A stretch of 64,000 bases of DNA from Felis catus (lineage: Eukaryota). Below are positions 36,901 to 49,889 of the stretch, one piece after another (position 1 is the stretch's first letter; every line of letters starts with the position of its first letter). The translations under genes were made by a program, and so were the position numbers. The DNA is taken from the NCBI RefSeq assembly GCF_018350175.1, contig NC_058368.1, positions 40,674,001-40,738,000 on the forward strand, written 5' to 3'. The notes under the pieces are model-generated. The model did no database searches and was not told the DNA's origin. It saw nothing but the letters and a program-made list of their open reading frames with translations.

Positions 36901-37260
36901 ATTTGTATAATTCTTTTTTAAATGTTTGGAAAATTTACCAGTGAACCCATGTTGGCCTGAAACTTTCTGTTTTGAAAGGTTATTATTTGCTGATTTAACT
37001 TCTTTTGTAGTTTAGGCCTATATATATTGTCTGTTTCTTTTTGTGTGACTTTTAGAAGATTGTGTCTTAAAGGAATTGATCCGTTTCATCTAGGTTATCA
37101 AATTGTGGGCATAGAGTTGCTCATAATAGGCCTGTATTTTCCCTTTAATGCCCATGGTGTCTCTACTGATATCCCCTCTTTCATTTCTGATATTAGTAAT
37201 CTGTGCCTTCCTTCTTTTTTTTTTTCCTAGTTAACCTGGTTACAAACTTACCAATTTTAT
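33905..37260 (-). mobile_element. L1MC-type element (3'UTR plus degenerate ORF2), apparently nested within an older L1 (33710-33900 and 37270-37800)
   Basis: 'cagttttaggttacagcaaaattgag...cccaaagttcagagttcacagtagggttcactcttgg' 3' end; minus-strand ORF2 relic 'IQQYIKRIIFHDQV' at ~36670-36720. Confidence 0.8.
35696..35907 (+). mobile_element. CAN-SINE nested in L1
   Basis: Head gggggtacctaggtggcttag; TSD ttgtaaattaattgg. Confidence 0.93.
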
Positions 37261-38340
37261 TGAAGCAACCACTTTCTTATTTCTATTATTATAGATCCAT
37301 TTTGCATAGTGTATTATAAAACAGACAAATGGAATTGTATTTCATCTACTCTGTAGTTTCTGACTGTAAATCACTGGAATGCTTTTGAGATATATCCATG
37401 TTGCTGCACTGTATCAATAACATATTCTTCTTTATTATTGAGTAGTAGTTCATTGTATGTAGATATAGTTTTTTATTATCCCATGTGTGGACATTTTGGT
37501 TATCTTTAGGCCTAGATAATTTTGATTATGGCTGACATGAAAATTCTCTTGACCTTTCTTTCGTGGGTGTTTGTTGTATTTTCTTGTATAAATGCCCAGG
37601 TATGGAATTTCTGGGTAATAATATAGACATACCCGTTTATACTTAATTTTAAATTAACTGAAAAATATTTTTCTCTTAAGTAGTTTTAGTTTACATTCTG
37701 GCCAGCAGAATGTCAATGATCCAAGTTGCCCTACATTCATACTTACATTCAATAATGTTAGCTTTTTTTTAAATTAACCATTCTGATGAATATGAAATAG
37801 CTATTATTTCACTTTAGTCTACTGTTCTCTTAAATTCATGAGCCTTACTTCTTCACACATGCTCAGCAAAAGACTGGGCTAACATAAAGAAAAAATATGA
37901 TTCAAGAAATTTTCTCTCTAAATATACAAACATTGCTGCATTTGTACACATCCATCTTTCCCCCCCAACTTTATTGATTTATGATTGACAAATTAAAATT
38001 GTATATATTCAATGTGTACCATGTGATGTTTTGATACATGTATACACATAAATATGATTGTCACATTTTTGCTAATTAACATATCTATCATTTCAATAAT
38101 TAACTTTTTTATGTGTGTAGTGAGAACACTTAATCTACTTCCAGCAAATTTCAAGTACGCAATACATCATTACTAACTATAGTCACTACTCTATACCTTA
38201 GGTCTCTAGAACATACTCATCTCACAACTGAAATTTTGTGCCCTTTGATTATTTCTCCATTACCCTTCAACCCCTTCCAACCACTATTCTACCCTCACCT
38301 TCTGAGTTTGAGATTTATAGATTCCACAAATGAGAGATCA

Positions 38341-38546
38341 TTTTTTTCTTTTATTTATTTATTTTGAGAGAGAGAGACAACACAAGTAGGGGAGAGGCAG
38401 AGAGAAAGAGAGAGAGAGAATCCCAAGCAGGCTCTCTGCTGCCAGCACAGAACCCTATGCAGGGCTTGAACTCACGAACCATAAAATCATGACCTGAGAT
38501 GAATTGAGATGTGAAAACTTAATTGACTGAGCCACCCAGGCACACC
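38341..38546 (-). mobile_element. CAN-SINE
   Basis: TSD ccacaaatga(g/a)agatca; head ...tgagccacccaggcacacc. Confidence 0.93.
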
Positions 38547-38867
38547 ACCACAAATGAAAGATCATGAGGTATTTGTCTTTCTTTTTCTGGTTTATTTCAT
38601 TTAGGATAATGTCCTCAGATTCATCCATATTGTTGCAAATTGCAGGATTTCTTTTTTTAAGTCTGAAATATATCTAAAATATATGTCTATGTCTACAAAT
38701 ATATATTGTGTTTTAGATAAGTTATAAAATATTTGCAGGTTAGTATATATTTTGTGATATTATATAATATATGTATACTGCACTTTCTACAAAATACCTA
38801 CATATGTAATATATATACCACATTGCCACACAATATATACAATATCACACAATGTAATATATATCAC

Positions 38868-39081
38868 ATTTTTTAAGTTTATTTATTTTGAGAGAGAGTG
38901 CATACTGCATGTGCACATTTGAGTTGGGGAAGGCAGAGAAAGAGGGAGAGAGGGTTCCAAGCAGGCTCCTCGCTGTCAGTGCAGAGCCTGAGGTAGGGCT
39001 CAAACCCATGAACCATGAGATCATGACCTGAACCAAAAGCAAAAGTCAGACAGTTAGCTGACTGAGCCACCCAGGTGCCCC
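38868..39081 (-). mobile_element. CAN-SINE
   Basis: TSD tat(a/g)tatcaca; ends tgagccacccaggtgcccc. Confidence 0.93.
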
Positions 39082-39597
39082 TATGTATCACACTTATTAA
39101 TCTATTCATCCATTGACAGGCACTTAGGTTGTTTTCATATCTTGGTTATTGTGAATAATATTTCAATTAACATGAGAGTGCAGATATCTCTTCAAATTCC
39201 AATTTTATTTTCTTTGGCTATATATTCCCAGAAGTAGGACTGCTAGATCATAGTTTTATTTTTAGCTTTTTGAAGAATCTCCATACTGTTTTCCGTAATA
39301 ATTCTATTTACATTCTTACCAACGGTGTGTAAGTTTCCCTTTTCTCCACATCCTCAGCAATTGTTCCCTTTTTACTTTTTTATCATAGCCGTACTGACAG
39401 GTATGAGAGGGTATCTCATTGTAGTTTTTATTTTTAGTTCCCTGATGATTAGTGATGTTGAACTTCTTTTTATATGCCTGTTAGATTTTTGTATGTCTTC
39501 TTTGGAAAAATGTCTATTTAGGTTTTGCAGATTTTTTAATTCTTTGTAGTTGTTTTTTTCTTGCTATTGGGTTGTATGAGTTCCTTATATATTTTAT

Positions 39598-40410
39598 AAT
39601 TATAAATGTATAAGCAACTAACATAAGAGCACTTAAACATATGAAGCAAATATTAACAGATCTAAAGGGAGAAATAGACAGCAATACAATAATATTAGAG
39701 GACTTTAGTGTCCCACTTTCAGCAATGGATACATCATTCAGAGAGAAAATAAACAAAGAAAAAGTGTATTTTAATAATACTGTAGACCAAATGGTTTTAA
39801 GAGACATATACAGAATATTCTGTTCAATAGGAGTATAATATACATTTTTCTTAAGCTCACATGAACATCTTCCAGGATAAATCATATGTCTGCCCACAAA
39901 GTGAATCATAATAAATTTAAGAAAATTCATAGTATATCAAGTATCCTTTTCCAACCATAAGCATGAAACTGTTGAACAACTGATGGGTGAATAACATCAA
40001 GAGAAATTAAAAAAAATATATTGAGACAAATGAAAATGGAAACAAGATGCCAAAACTTATGGGATGCATCGAAAACAATGTTAAGAATGAAGTTAGCAAT
40101 AAAAGCATATATCAAGAAAACAGAAAGATCTCAAACAACCTAGCATTGCTCTCAAGAAATTAGAAAAGAAGAACAAACTAAGCCCCATAAGCAGAAGGAA
40201 AGAGTAATAAAAATCAGGAGAGAGACAAACGAAGTAGAGACTGGAAAAACAATCGATGAAACTAAGATAAACAAAATTGACAAACCGTTAGCTAGACTAA
40301 GGGAAAAAAAAGAGAAAATACTCAAATAAACATCATCAGAAGTGAAAGGAAACATTACAACTGATACTACAGAAGTACAAAGAATCATAAGCGATTACTG
40401 TGAACAATTA
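39598..40410 (+). mobile_element. L1 ORF2 endonuclease/linker fragment in inverted orientation
   Basis: Translation relic MKQILTDLKGEIDSNTIILEDFSVPLSAMD; later 'caaaacttatgggatgca' (QNLWDA) and 'aaaattgacaaaccgttagctagacta' (KIDKPLARL). Confidence 0.85.
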
Positions 40411-40429
40411 CATGTATGCATCCCCTTGT

Positions 40430-41850
40430 ACTCTTTCCCCATCATAATGATGAACTGACAGTATTTCTTGTTAATGACTGTTTTTACTCCCCTCTTCTGC
40501 ATACTCTGCATATTCCTTAGTCAGTCTCTTTAATGAAAAGTTGTATTGCTGACTTCACTTTGTCTCCTTTGTCTTCAAATCATATTACAGTCTCTTCATC
40601 AGTATTTAAAGAAGCTTAAATCTCTTTAATCAAAATTAACATCATACCTACCCCTCATCTATCACATACTCTTCCAGGCTATAAACATTTTTCTTCACCA
40701 TATCTTCATAATTCAATACATCATTATTCCATTCAACTTACTATTGTCCCTACTTCTTCACACCGTTCTTTTGCTAAAGACATCTGTGACTTCTGTGTGA
40801 CTAAGTACAAATTTATCTTCAGGATGTGTAATGGTCTTGTCTTCCAAACAATATTTGTGGTCTTTACTGCATCCCTTTACTGTGGGCTTCCTTTTTTGGG
40901 CTTCTATATGAACAAACATCCACCCTTTCTGTTTCATTTCCCCCTCCTGGGATATTTATTCATAGTTTATTTTGTAGGCGGCTCCATATGACTCTTAAAT
41001 GAGTCTTCTCTTTGCAAGCTACCTTCTTGTTTCATTAATGTAAGTACAATTTGAGCAATTGCTTAATCCTAAAGCTTAGGAGAGATCATTGATTTCAGAA
41101 TATATGACTGGCAACCTTTAAATTATCATCAACTCAATTATAATGGATTAACTTTTTAAATATCCTTTAGTGATTCACTATCCGTCAATCCATTTATAAT
41201 GTACCATCTGACCTGGAGTGTACCTCCTTTGTATTTTGAAGCCATCTTCTGCTTTTTATCCTGTTAACACCTCATCTCTTCCTCTATCATATCTTAACTA
41301 GAGTGTATCTCTCTAGATTGTATTTTGTGTAATCTATTCTATACCCACTGTCATTTTAAAGATAATAAAGCAAGCAGAATGTGTCACTTATATTTAAAAA
41401 AATGTTTTAGTGACTTTTCATTGTCCTTGCCAAACATCATCCTTGCAATCTGGTGCCTTTCTTTCTCAACTAGCTTCCCTTTTCACCTTTTTGTATGTTA
41501 CTCAATTCACTTCATCAAAACAACCCCCCTTAGTTTTTAGAATGTGCTGAATTTTCTCTAAAACATGAGCCTTCACATGATTTCCATTCAAGGAAAATTT
41601 CTTTCATTCACCCTCTTATATTAAATTTACCAGGTTACTACTACTTACCCTTTTGATCTCAGGTTAACAATTAGTTCTCAGATTAAATTGTTCTTTTTCC
41701 ATACTAGCTTAGCTCCTAAATACTGAATTTTTCCACTGGACAGTACAATCTACAAGGGCATAAACTGCATCTGTTTTCTTCCCTGACAAATTTGTAGCAT
41801 CTACACAATTGTCTGGTAAAGAATGGACAGTGACAAATTAGATATTGAAT
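40430..41850 (+). mobile_element. Ancient LINE-2 fragment(s)
   Basis: Pyrimidine-rich degenerate L2-like body ending in an L2-like 3' end; approximate. Confidence 0.45.
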
Positions 41851-43247
41851 ACATCAGTATATCACAATCTCTTTCTTGGTTATATTGCAGAGACAGGGGA
41901 TTGATTAATCCTGCACAAGAATAACTTGTACAAGTTAAATAGTCATCCTTTCTCAGGTTAAAAATCCAATTTAGCACTTTGCTAATTTAAAATAAGTAGT
42001 CTATGATGTTTCAAAGTTTTAGACTCTGATCACAAAGGGTAAAAAAAAAATATTTAATAAATGTCAAGAAATGCATAAGACAAAATTGTGTTTTATTGAT
42101 TTTTAAATTCTTTCATTTTTATGATTTCCTAAATACCATGAATATAACTGTTTCCCTACCATGTACATTTATGAAAGCAATCTGATTTACAGAAATATTG
42201 TTTCTTTAGAAATTTACGTCAACAGTCATGCTAATTAATCATTGACAGAATGAAATTAAGTCTCACTAAATAGAAAGGATCATCCACTGAAACGTTCAAT
42301 TAGAAAGTGAGTAGTACATAATTTATCACTAAACTAGTCATTTTTCTTGCTCCTTTAAAAGTTGAATATTATCCTGTAAAGTGAATATGGCGAATAAATT
42401 TTATTAATTAATACAGATAATTTAGAGTAACTTATATGTTGAATAATAAAAACTGGTAATTAATAACATTAGTTATTATAATTTAGTGACATATTTTATA
42501 AATTTCCGACCAAAACAATGTCTTTCAGTATTCCCAATAAGAGGAATCCAGTATTTCCTCAACATTGGCATCTAGAAGAGCCATAAAATGAGACAATTTC
42601 CATAAATGAATTCTCTGAGGAATTTAAATAATTATTTTAGGTATGTGTATATTTTTCCCACTTGTGAAATTAGTGACTTGGAGTAGATGGAACATAAAGC
42701 ATCTCTAGGGTGAAAGGTTTCCTGACTTTGACTTATACCTACAACTTCTGTCACCAGAATCAATGCTTGCTTCATGTGGAGGAAGTTTTGCCCATGTGCT
42801 ATGATCTTCTCAAATTTCTTTCATGACCCCTTCCTCTTGACTCCCCTAGTGCTGATAATTCGTTGCTACCGACAGAAAAGTCTTTAAAGTGGGGCATTTC
42901 TTCCTACAGATCTTTGAGTAAAACACACATCCAACAGAATAGTTATAACTAACTCAAACTGAGAACACCATGGAACAGGGAAATAATATTTAAATGTTTA
43001 TGGGGAGGCAGGAAGGGATGAAGTGTACCAGTATGTGTGGCATTAAGACAAAGTTAAAAAGGCTATCTATTTCTAGGCTGACAGAGATTCTCCTACCTCA
43101 CTGAGGATGTGTGAAATGAAAATAATTTTTACTAAAAAGAAAAATATTTCCTAAATCTTCTTTAACTTCTTTAAGTTTCAGCTTCTCATTTGGTAAAATA
43201 AGGCTAAGAATTCTCCTGCGCATTTAAGTAATATATTTCTATCAACG

Positions 43248-43800
43248 TGTTCCAACCAAAGACCACTAGGAACATGCCTGTAGGTGAACAAGTGGGTTTA
43301 TTACCAATTGCAGAGAGGCAGAACACACACTATAAGGAATGGTAGGAGGTCTCATAAAGAAAGCATTAGAAAGAACCTGTAATTGGATTTGGACTTTTAT
43401 TGGGTAATTTGGAAAGAGGGTATGGAAATGACGGGGGTCCACTTTGGATTGGGTGCTATTAGGATGCATCAACATTTCTATGTTTGAACATCTCATTAAA
43501 TTTATCTACAGGAAGGGCATGTTAGAGCAAGCATAACGTTGTATTTGTTAAAGAAAAAGCAGTCATTCATAATTGCCGAGAAATGGGATGTTTTCACTTT
43601 CATTGGTTGTACAATATTGTTTTTTCTCACTTAATGATAACCTCTGTGATTTTATTGATGTTGGTGCCTACAATATCATATATGTCCAACAAGAGAACAA
43701 TGTGGCCTAGTTATGAGTATCAGACCATCATCTAAAAACACTAAAGCCTAGCTGTTATTGTCAGATCACTTCCTGAATGTAACAGGCTGCATTTTCCTTT
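43248..43800 (-). mobile_element. Ancient ERV solo LTR
   Basis: TG start, 'gggtttatta' (minus-strand AATAAA), 'aagagaacaatgtggcctagttatgagtatcagacca' resembles recalled eutherian ERV LTRs. Confidence 0.55.
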
Positions 43801-43803
43801 CTC

Positions 43804-43805
43804 GA

Positions 43806-43873
<68 letters not shown>

Positions 43874-43945
43874 AGAGATAGAGAGAGGAAGGAAGGAAGG
43901 AAGGAAGGAAGGAAGGAAGGAAGGAAGGGAGGGAGGAAGGAAAGA
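43804..43945. repeat. (GAAA)n(GGAA)n compound microsatellite
   Basis: Visible. Confidence 0.95.
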
Positions 43946-44547
43946 AAATAATGAAGAAGCACTTGATAGAGAAAAAATCAGGATGTCCAACATACCATGC
44001 AGAAGTTCTAAAAAGAGAAATAAAAAAAATGGACAGGAAGGTATTATCAAATTAATACTTAAGACCGTATTCCTCAACTTTAAGCATAACATTATTTAAT
44101 ATAACACCAAGTACAAAGAAAAGTTTATAAAAGCTTCTAGAGAGAAAGCAAAAACATAAAATAAAAGATCCTCTACAATGGGACAAGATTCATATTACCA
44201 TGATAGTGCTCAGGAAGAGTGCCAGATTCTAGCACGATGGATCAATGTATGAACATTCTGAGGAAAAGCAGCTTTTTATCTTGCATTCTAGAGGCAGCCA
44301 AACTTTAATCATGCAGTGACTCAGTAGATTTACCTCCACTAAACTATTTCTGAGGCAGTTACTCGAAAATAACTCCAATAAGATGAGAATGAAACAAGGA
44401 AAATGGAGGCTTGAGATAAGTGAAATGGTGCAATAAGCCACGAGCACAGTGAAAGAACCTGCAGGCTGAGCTGTGAAGCAGGCCAAAGAAAGAAACACTG
44501 TCTACAATGGCAGAAAACCAGCGGGCTCAAAGAAGCATGTCTTACGG

Positions 44548-44735
44548 CGGTACTCTCAAACTTTAATGTACAAAGGAATTATCCAGACATTTTAGACTGT
44601 CAGTTTCAATTAGGTAGGTCTGCAGTAGGACCCAAGAGTCTGCGTTTCCTGCAGCAGTCAGTTGATGCTATGCCATTTGCTCCATAGTCCTGGCTATCAG
44701 TGGCCAGCTGTGCCCCTGAGCAGTACATTCAGTCA
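44548..44735. mobile_element. MER5-type hAT MITE
   Basis: 'ctctcaaacttt...gtaggtctgcagtaggacccaagagtctgcgtttc'. Confidence 0.55.
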
Positions 44736-45049
44736 TTTAACATACAAATTTGTGGTTCATACCACTAAAACTTGTCACATGTTTCTCTTCATTGTCCTTA
44801 AAACTAAATCTTTATTCCTTTCTATGGTTCTAAACTTTCTTTATAAAAATAATTTTATCAGCTTACATTTCCAACTTCAACTCACATCACACTAAGCATC
44901 ATTGATTATGCTCCAATCATACTGGCACAGTTTCATGGATGTTCTAACTTTAGAGTGTTTACTTTTGCTGTTGCCTCTGCCCACATTTTCCTTTCCTAGC
45001 TGCTTGTAACACTTGGAGAAAATGTATGTATCACTTCTTCAAAAAAGTT

Positions 45050-45175
45050 ATTTTTTTTCAGTTTATTTGTTTGTTTGTTTTTACTTTAAGCAATCTCTAC
45101 ACCCACCTGGGGGCTTGAATTCACAACCCCAAGATCAAGAGTCACATGCTCTTCCAACTGAGCCAGCCATGCCCT
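45050..45175 (-). mobile_element. Short CAN-SINE variant
   Basis: 'ccccaagatcaagagtcacatgctcttccaactgagccagccatgccc'. Confidence 0.85.
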
Positions 45176-45497
45176 CTTCTAAAAACGGTTTTAAATCGCA
45201 AACCCGTTTTTCTCTATTATAGCACATTGTCCATTTTTACCATAGTACTTAATATAGTAATTATGCTAAGTATTTTTATTTTCTCCCTCCTTTATATCAT
45301 ATGAATACAATGAGGATTAGTTCTCTCTATTATTTACAGTTATCCACAGTCCCTCCCAAATACTTGATACTCTTTAGACACTTAATACTTGGGGAAAGAT
45401 TATATGACTAGAACCATGCTGAGAAATAATATGAAAGTTATTGAAGTTATGAGAGAGAGAGAGGCTTAACGTGGAATGGGCATGATGTAATAATGTG

Positions 45498-45674
45498 CAG
45501 GAGTCCCTCCCTCATCTATGGTTTTTCTTTCCACAATTATAGTTACTCATAGTCAACCACCATCTGAAAATATTAAATGGAAAATTCAACAAATAAGCAA
45601 TTCATGAATTTTAAGTTGTATAGCCTTCTTTTAAAATGTTTTTAATGTTTATTTATTAATGAGAGAGAGAGAGT

Positions 45675-45718
<44 letters not shown>

Positions 45719-46117
45719 GAATGTGAGCGGGGGAGGGCAGAGAGAGAGGGAGACACAGAATCTGAAGCAGGCTCCAGGCTCTGTTGTCTCTCTGTCAGCA
45801 CAGAGCCCGATGCGGGGGCTTGAGTTTACAAGCTGCGAGATCATGACCTGAGCCGAAGTCAGACGCTCAACTGACTGGGCCACCCAGGCGACCCAGCTGC
45901 TCACCTTTCTAAGTAGTGTGATGAAACCTTGCACTGCCCAGTGAATCATTTCTTGTCCAGTGTATCCACACTGTGTACACTTCTTAATTGTTAGTCACAT
46001 ACCAGATATTTATGTATAGGAAAAAATTAGGGTTTCTAATGTTAGGCGCTAGCCTTGGTTTCAGGCATCTGTTGGGGGCCTTGGAACATATCCCCCAGGG
46101 AAAAATGGGGACCTATG
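45498..46117. mobile_element. MER44-type (Tigger) DNA transposon interrupted by a SINE
   Basis: 'gtcaaccaccatctgaaaatattaaatggaaaattc...agtagtgtgatgaaa...ggtttcaggcatctgttgggggccttggaacatatcccc' with degenerate TIRs. Confidence 0.8.
45627..45894 (-). mobile_element. CAN-SINE
   Basis: (AG)n, 'gactgggccacccaggcgaccc'. Confidence 0.93.
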
Positions 46118-47176
46118 TAAAGTGGAAAAGTAATGACTTTAATATATCATCATCTCAGTTGTCTTTTCAACTACTTTCAGATATTACATTGCTTACTCCC
46201 ATAGTTTTAGGAATTATTATTTAGAATTTTGTATCCCCAACTTATCTTTATTTTGCTCTTTTAAGATCGAAACACTGAGTACTCAAAGCAACTATAACTA
46301 TGATTCAGTTGCCTGAACAAGCTCCTGTAAGAGAATCTCCATTGGTTAGAAGGGTCCTCAGTGTAGAGCATTGTTCATTTTCTATTCAACCAAAGGGTGG
46401 AACAGACAGGAATATGAGTAAAACAAATACATGGTATTTATAGTACCTTTATGGAATATGAATCTAATCTGTAAGGGTAAATTATCAAGGAGCCATAAAA
46501 AATGTTGATAACAGGTAACACTATAATAGTATACCCATTCAGAGTGTCAATAACATAAAATACCATCAAATACAAAATGTATTTTTTAATCACAAACACC
46601 AAATATATAGCAATGATATTACTGTATTAGAGAAATATTTTAAAGGAAATTATATATATGTATATAATTTTATACATATTAAAGGGGTATAAGCATGACT
46701 GTTTTGAATGTGTCTAGATACTAGCATTCAATAGAAATATTGAAATATTTGCACACATTCTGAATTAAACTAAAATTTCATTTGTGGTCCTGTAATGTCT
46801 TTCCAAAGATTTTTTTTTCTCCAGTGTTTGCTCAGTGAGCTGGAAATTTCCTAAATTGTCCTAGAGATTCTTATTCCAGCCTTGAGATCATTGACTTTCC
46901 AAAGCTATTGGTGTGAATATTCAAAGAAATTGCCTGTGCATTAAGTTTAAATTAGCTGTCATTATTATTCACAAAATAATGAGACTGCAAGCAAATCATG
47001 TCATTAGGAACAGCTTTCACATCAGTATCATATTTTCTCCTCTGTTTACTGCTAAATGTGCAATTTACCTAAAGAGGGAGTGTAAGTGAACAATGAGACA
47101 AGAATTAAGTGAACATTTGTGATGTGAATTCTATGACCCAGGAAAGCTAAAATGAGAAATTAAAAATATATATTAT

Positions 47177-47290
47177 GGAATGCCTGGGTAGCTCATTTAG
47201 TAGAGCATGTGACTCTTGATCTCAGAGTCATGAGTTCAAGCCCCACATTGGGTGTAGAGCTTATTTTAAAAAATAAATTAAAAAATAACA
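47177..47290 (+). mobile_element. Short CAN-SINE variant
   Basis: 'tgcctgggtagctca...gactcttgatctcagagtcatgagttcaagccccacattgggtgtagag'. Confidence 0.85.
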
Positions 47291-49889
47291 ACTATATATA
47301 TAATGAAAGTACTATATATAAAATATAAATAAATATAAAATGTCAAATATGCAGACATTTGCCCACAGGGAGAGATAAACAGCAAGTGAAGTGTCATCAT
47401 TTTCAGTGAGGTGTCAATATTGAATCATAACCCAAATATTTATTGAAGAGTAACAAATAAGCTATTTTCAAGTAGAACTCAAGGAATTTATATTAAAATA
47501 TATAATATTGAAATAATTTCTTTACCTAGTTTCTTGCCCATTCTTTTAATTCTGTGATGAATGTTTCATAGTATCTTGAGTTTTTACTCATTGCTAGCCA
47601 TGTTTCTGAATCTCAAGTATGTATGTCTGCAGATGTTAATTTACTATTCTTTAATTATGTCTTTACATTTAACACTCCTATCAAATATTGAAAAAGGCAT
47701 AAAACTTAAAATTAGAGACATTTAGCTTTGAATCATAGCTACAGCATGTAAAAGCTATATGAATTCAGACAAGTTAATTAATCACTCTGTGTTTCGGAAA
47801 TTTTTATTTAAAATGACATAGAGCATTAAATGAGGTAAGGGGAAATATTTATTAATGACCTTAGGTGTACCTGACACAAAATAAGTACTAATTATAAAAT
47901 GTTTTACTTTCCACCTTCTTCTCTTGAATTTCAAACAACATTATGGCACTCTTTTCTTTGCCATCAACTATTTATATATTTCAAACTGGCTTGATCCTAA
48001 AATAAAACATGTTCTTTAAAAAAAAAAATTTACTTTGTTTTTATTCTCCTCATCTTTGCTTCAGTTTTCATGCCTCTGGTCTTTTTTTTTTCTTTACCCT
48101 TATACCAATATAATAGTTGAACTATCAGAAAGGAGGATATCTAGGTAAATATTTTGGGAAAGTTAAATCAAATAGGAGTTATCAAGATACAGGCAGGGTT
48201 GAAAATGTTAAATCAGTAAGGAAACAATCACTACCATTGTTGTAGGGACAGTGCACAGAAGGAGGTTCCTACTTACCTCCTTTACTGATCTTTATCAGTT
48301 GTTTCTTGGACGACAGAAGACTCTGAACCCCAAAGAAGACAGCCCATTGACTGGCAAGAAGCCAGGACATTGATTTTCTCTGTGTTTTGTGTCATGAGAC
48401 AAATACAGTTAGTTGCTTCAATAGCAGAATATTAGAAAGAACTATTGTTCTGCTAAAGATCTGACAGTACCCCATGTTCATGTTTTATCTGACTACTGTC
48501 AGCATAATTTTACTTCTTTATAGTCCATGAAATTTTATGAAATGGATTTTTACTATGTTAAAGTAGTCATGTTTCTGTTGATTATGATAACTTCCTCCAA
48601 GACAGACTGACCCTAGTTAAAAAATTTTGTTCAAAAGGCAATATAGTAGAACTTATAATTTATACTCTATCACATATTTATGTATCTCTTAGGTGAGTGC
48701 CTCATACATCTCTCATCCAGCTGTGTCTCACCCAGCAGGATGGAATAGAACTCAGGTCAAAACAGAGTTGAACCCAATGAGAACTTTAATATGAGAGTTT
48801 CTGATTATTGCACTTTTTTTTACCATGCACTATTAGATTTCATATAATAAATATTCAACATGATAGAAATCTATAAACTGCATGCTATCTAAAGTTGAGA
48901 ACATTTGTAATTCATAAAAAAATATACTGATCCTTTGATCTTTTCACTCTTTCTTTCATAATTTTTTTCCTAAATGACAATGTGGTGAGAGTGATTACTC
49001 TAACTGCACTATGCCCACTTTCAGTGTTTCACTGATTAATAATATGTTGACAAAATAGATCCATACAGACACTATAATTAGTGACATTTTGATATGAATG
49101 CTTAATCCATATGTTGTATTAGATATATGTATTAATGTGATATTTGTTAATGTACTTCAAAATAAAAAAAATCCATGAGTATTACATATATTAAATTATT
49201 AAATAAAATATTACAATGTGGACCTCACAAAAGATGAAAATTATTTATCACAGACATACATGTAGTATGTTAATAAGTTTTATTTCAGGAATCATATATA
49301 TTATATGTATATTTAATTTTAACATAAAAATGATAAACTTGTTAATTTTACTCTTGTACTTTTAACAAATGGTGCAGTGATTTTTATTATATTGAAGGAA
49401 ATAATAATGAAAACCTACTATAATTAAAATGTGATAGAAAATTTATTACATCTCCAAGATGACTATGATTCTAAATTTAATTTTTAAACTTGTCTAAAAA
49501 ATTAATGAAGAAGATATTGTCAATTATGATGTAATAATGTCATAGAAAAGACAGAATTTAAAAAGGAATTTAAATAGTCTATCTACAGGTTAATAGATCC
49601 AGATATCATGGAGATACATGTATTTTTAATTATGCTTGTATTTGGATCCCATATACCAGATTTAAAGGTTATTTAGATTACTGTACCAAGTCTTAGGGAA
49701 GGCAACAAACCCAGTTTGTTTCTCTAGGGTTGTTTGGGACTGAGTTGTGCTCAAGGTTTAACAGGATTTTAACACTTCCTTGCTGTACCAGTCTACTTAC
49801 TTAACCTGGGTTTCAAGCTGTGCACATTCACAACCTGGAAGTCTTTGTGTTGTTTGCAGTTCATCAGTGTTTGTACAAAGATGTTTAAA

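Larger units (their letters stand above)
37965..39597 (-). mobile_element. L1MA9-like 3' portion (two SINEs nested inside)
   Basis: 'aactttattgatttatgattgacaaattaaaattgtatatattc' 3' end; ORF2 C-terminal relics (ttctccacatcctcagcaa, gtcttctttggaaaaatgtctatt). Confidence 0.85.

Noticed and set aside
49841..49882. TCTTTGT...ACAAAGA hairpin as a possible pre-miRNA
   Set aside because: Stem too short and imperfect; no recognisable mature miRNA.
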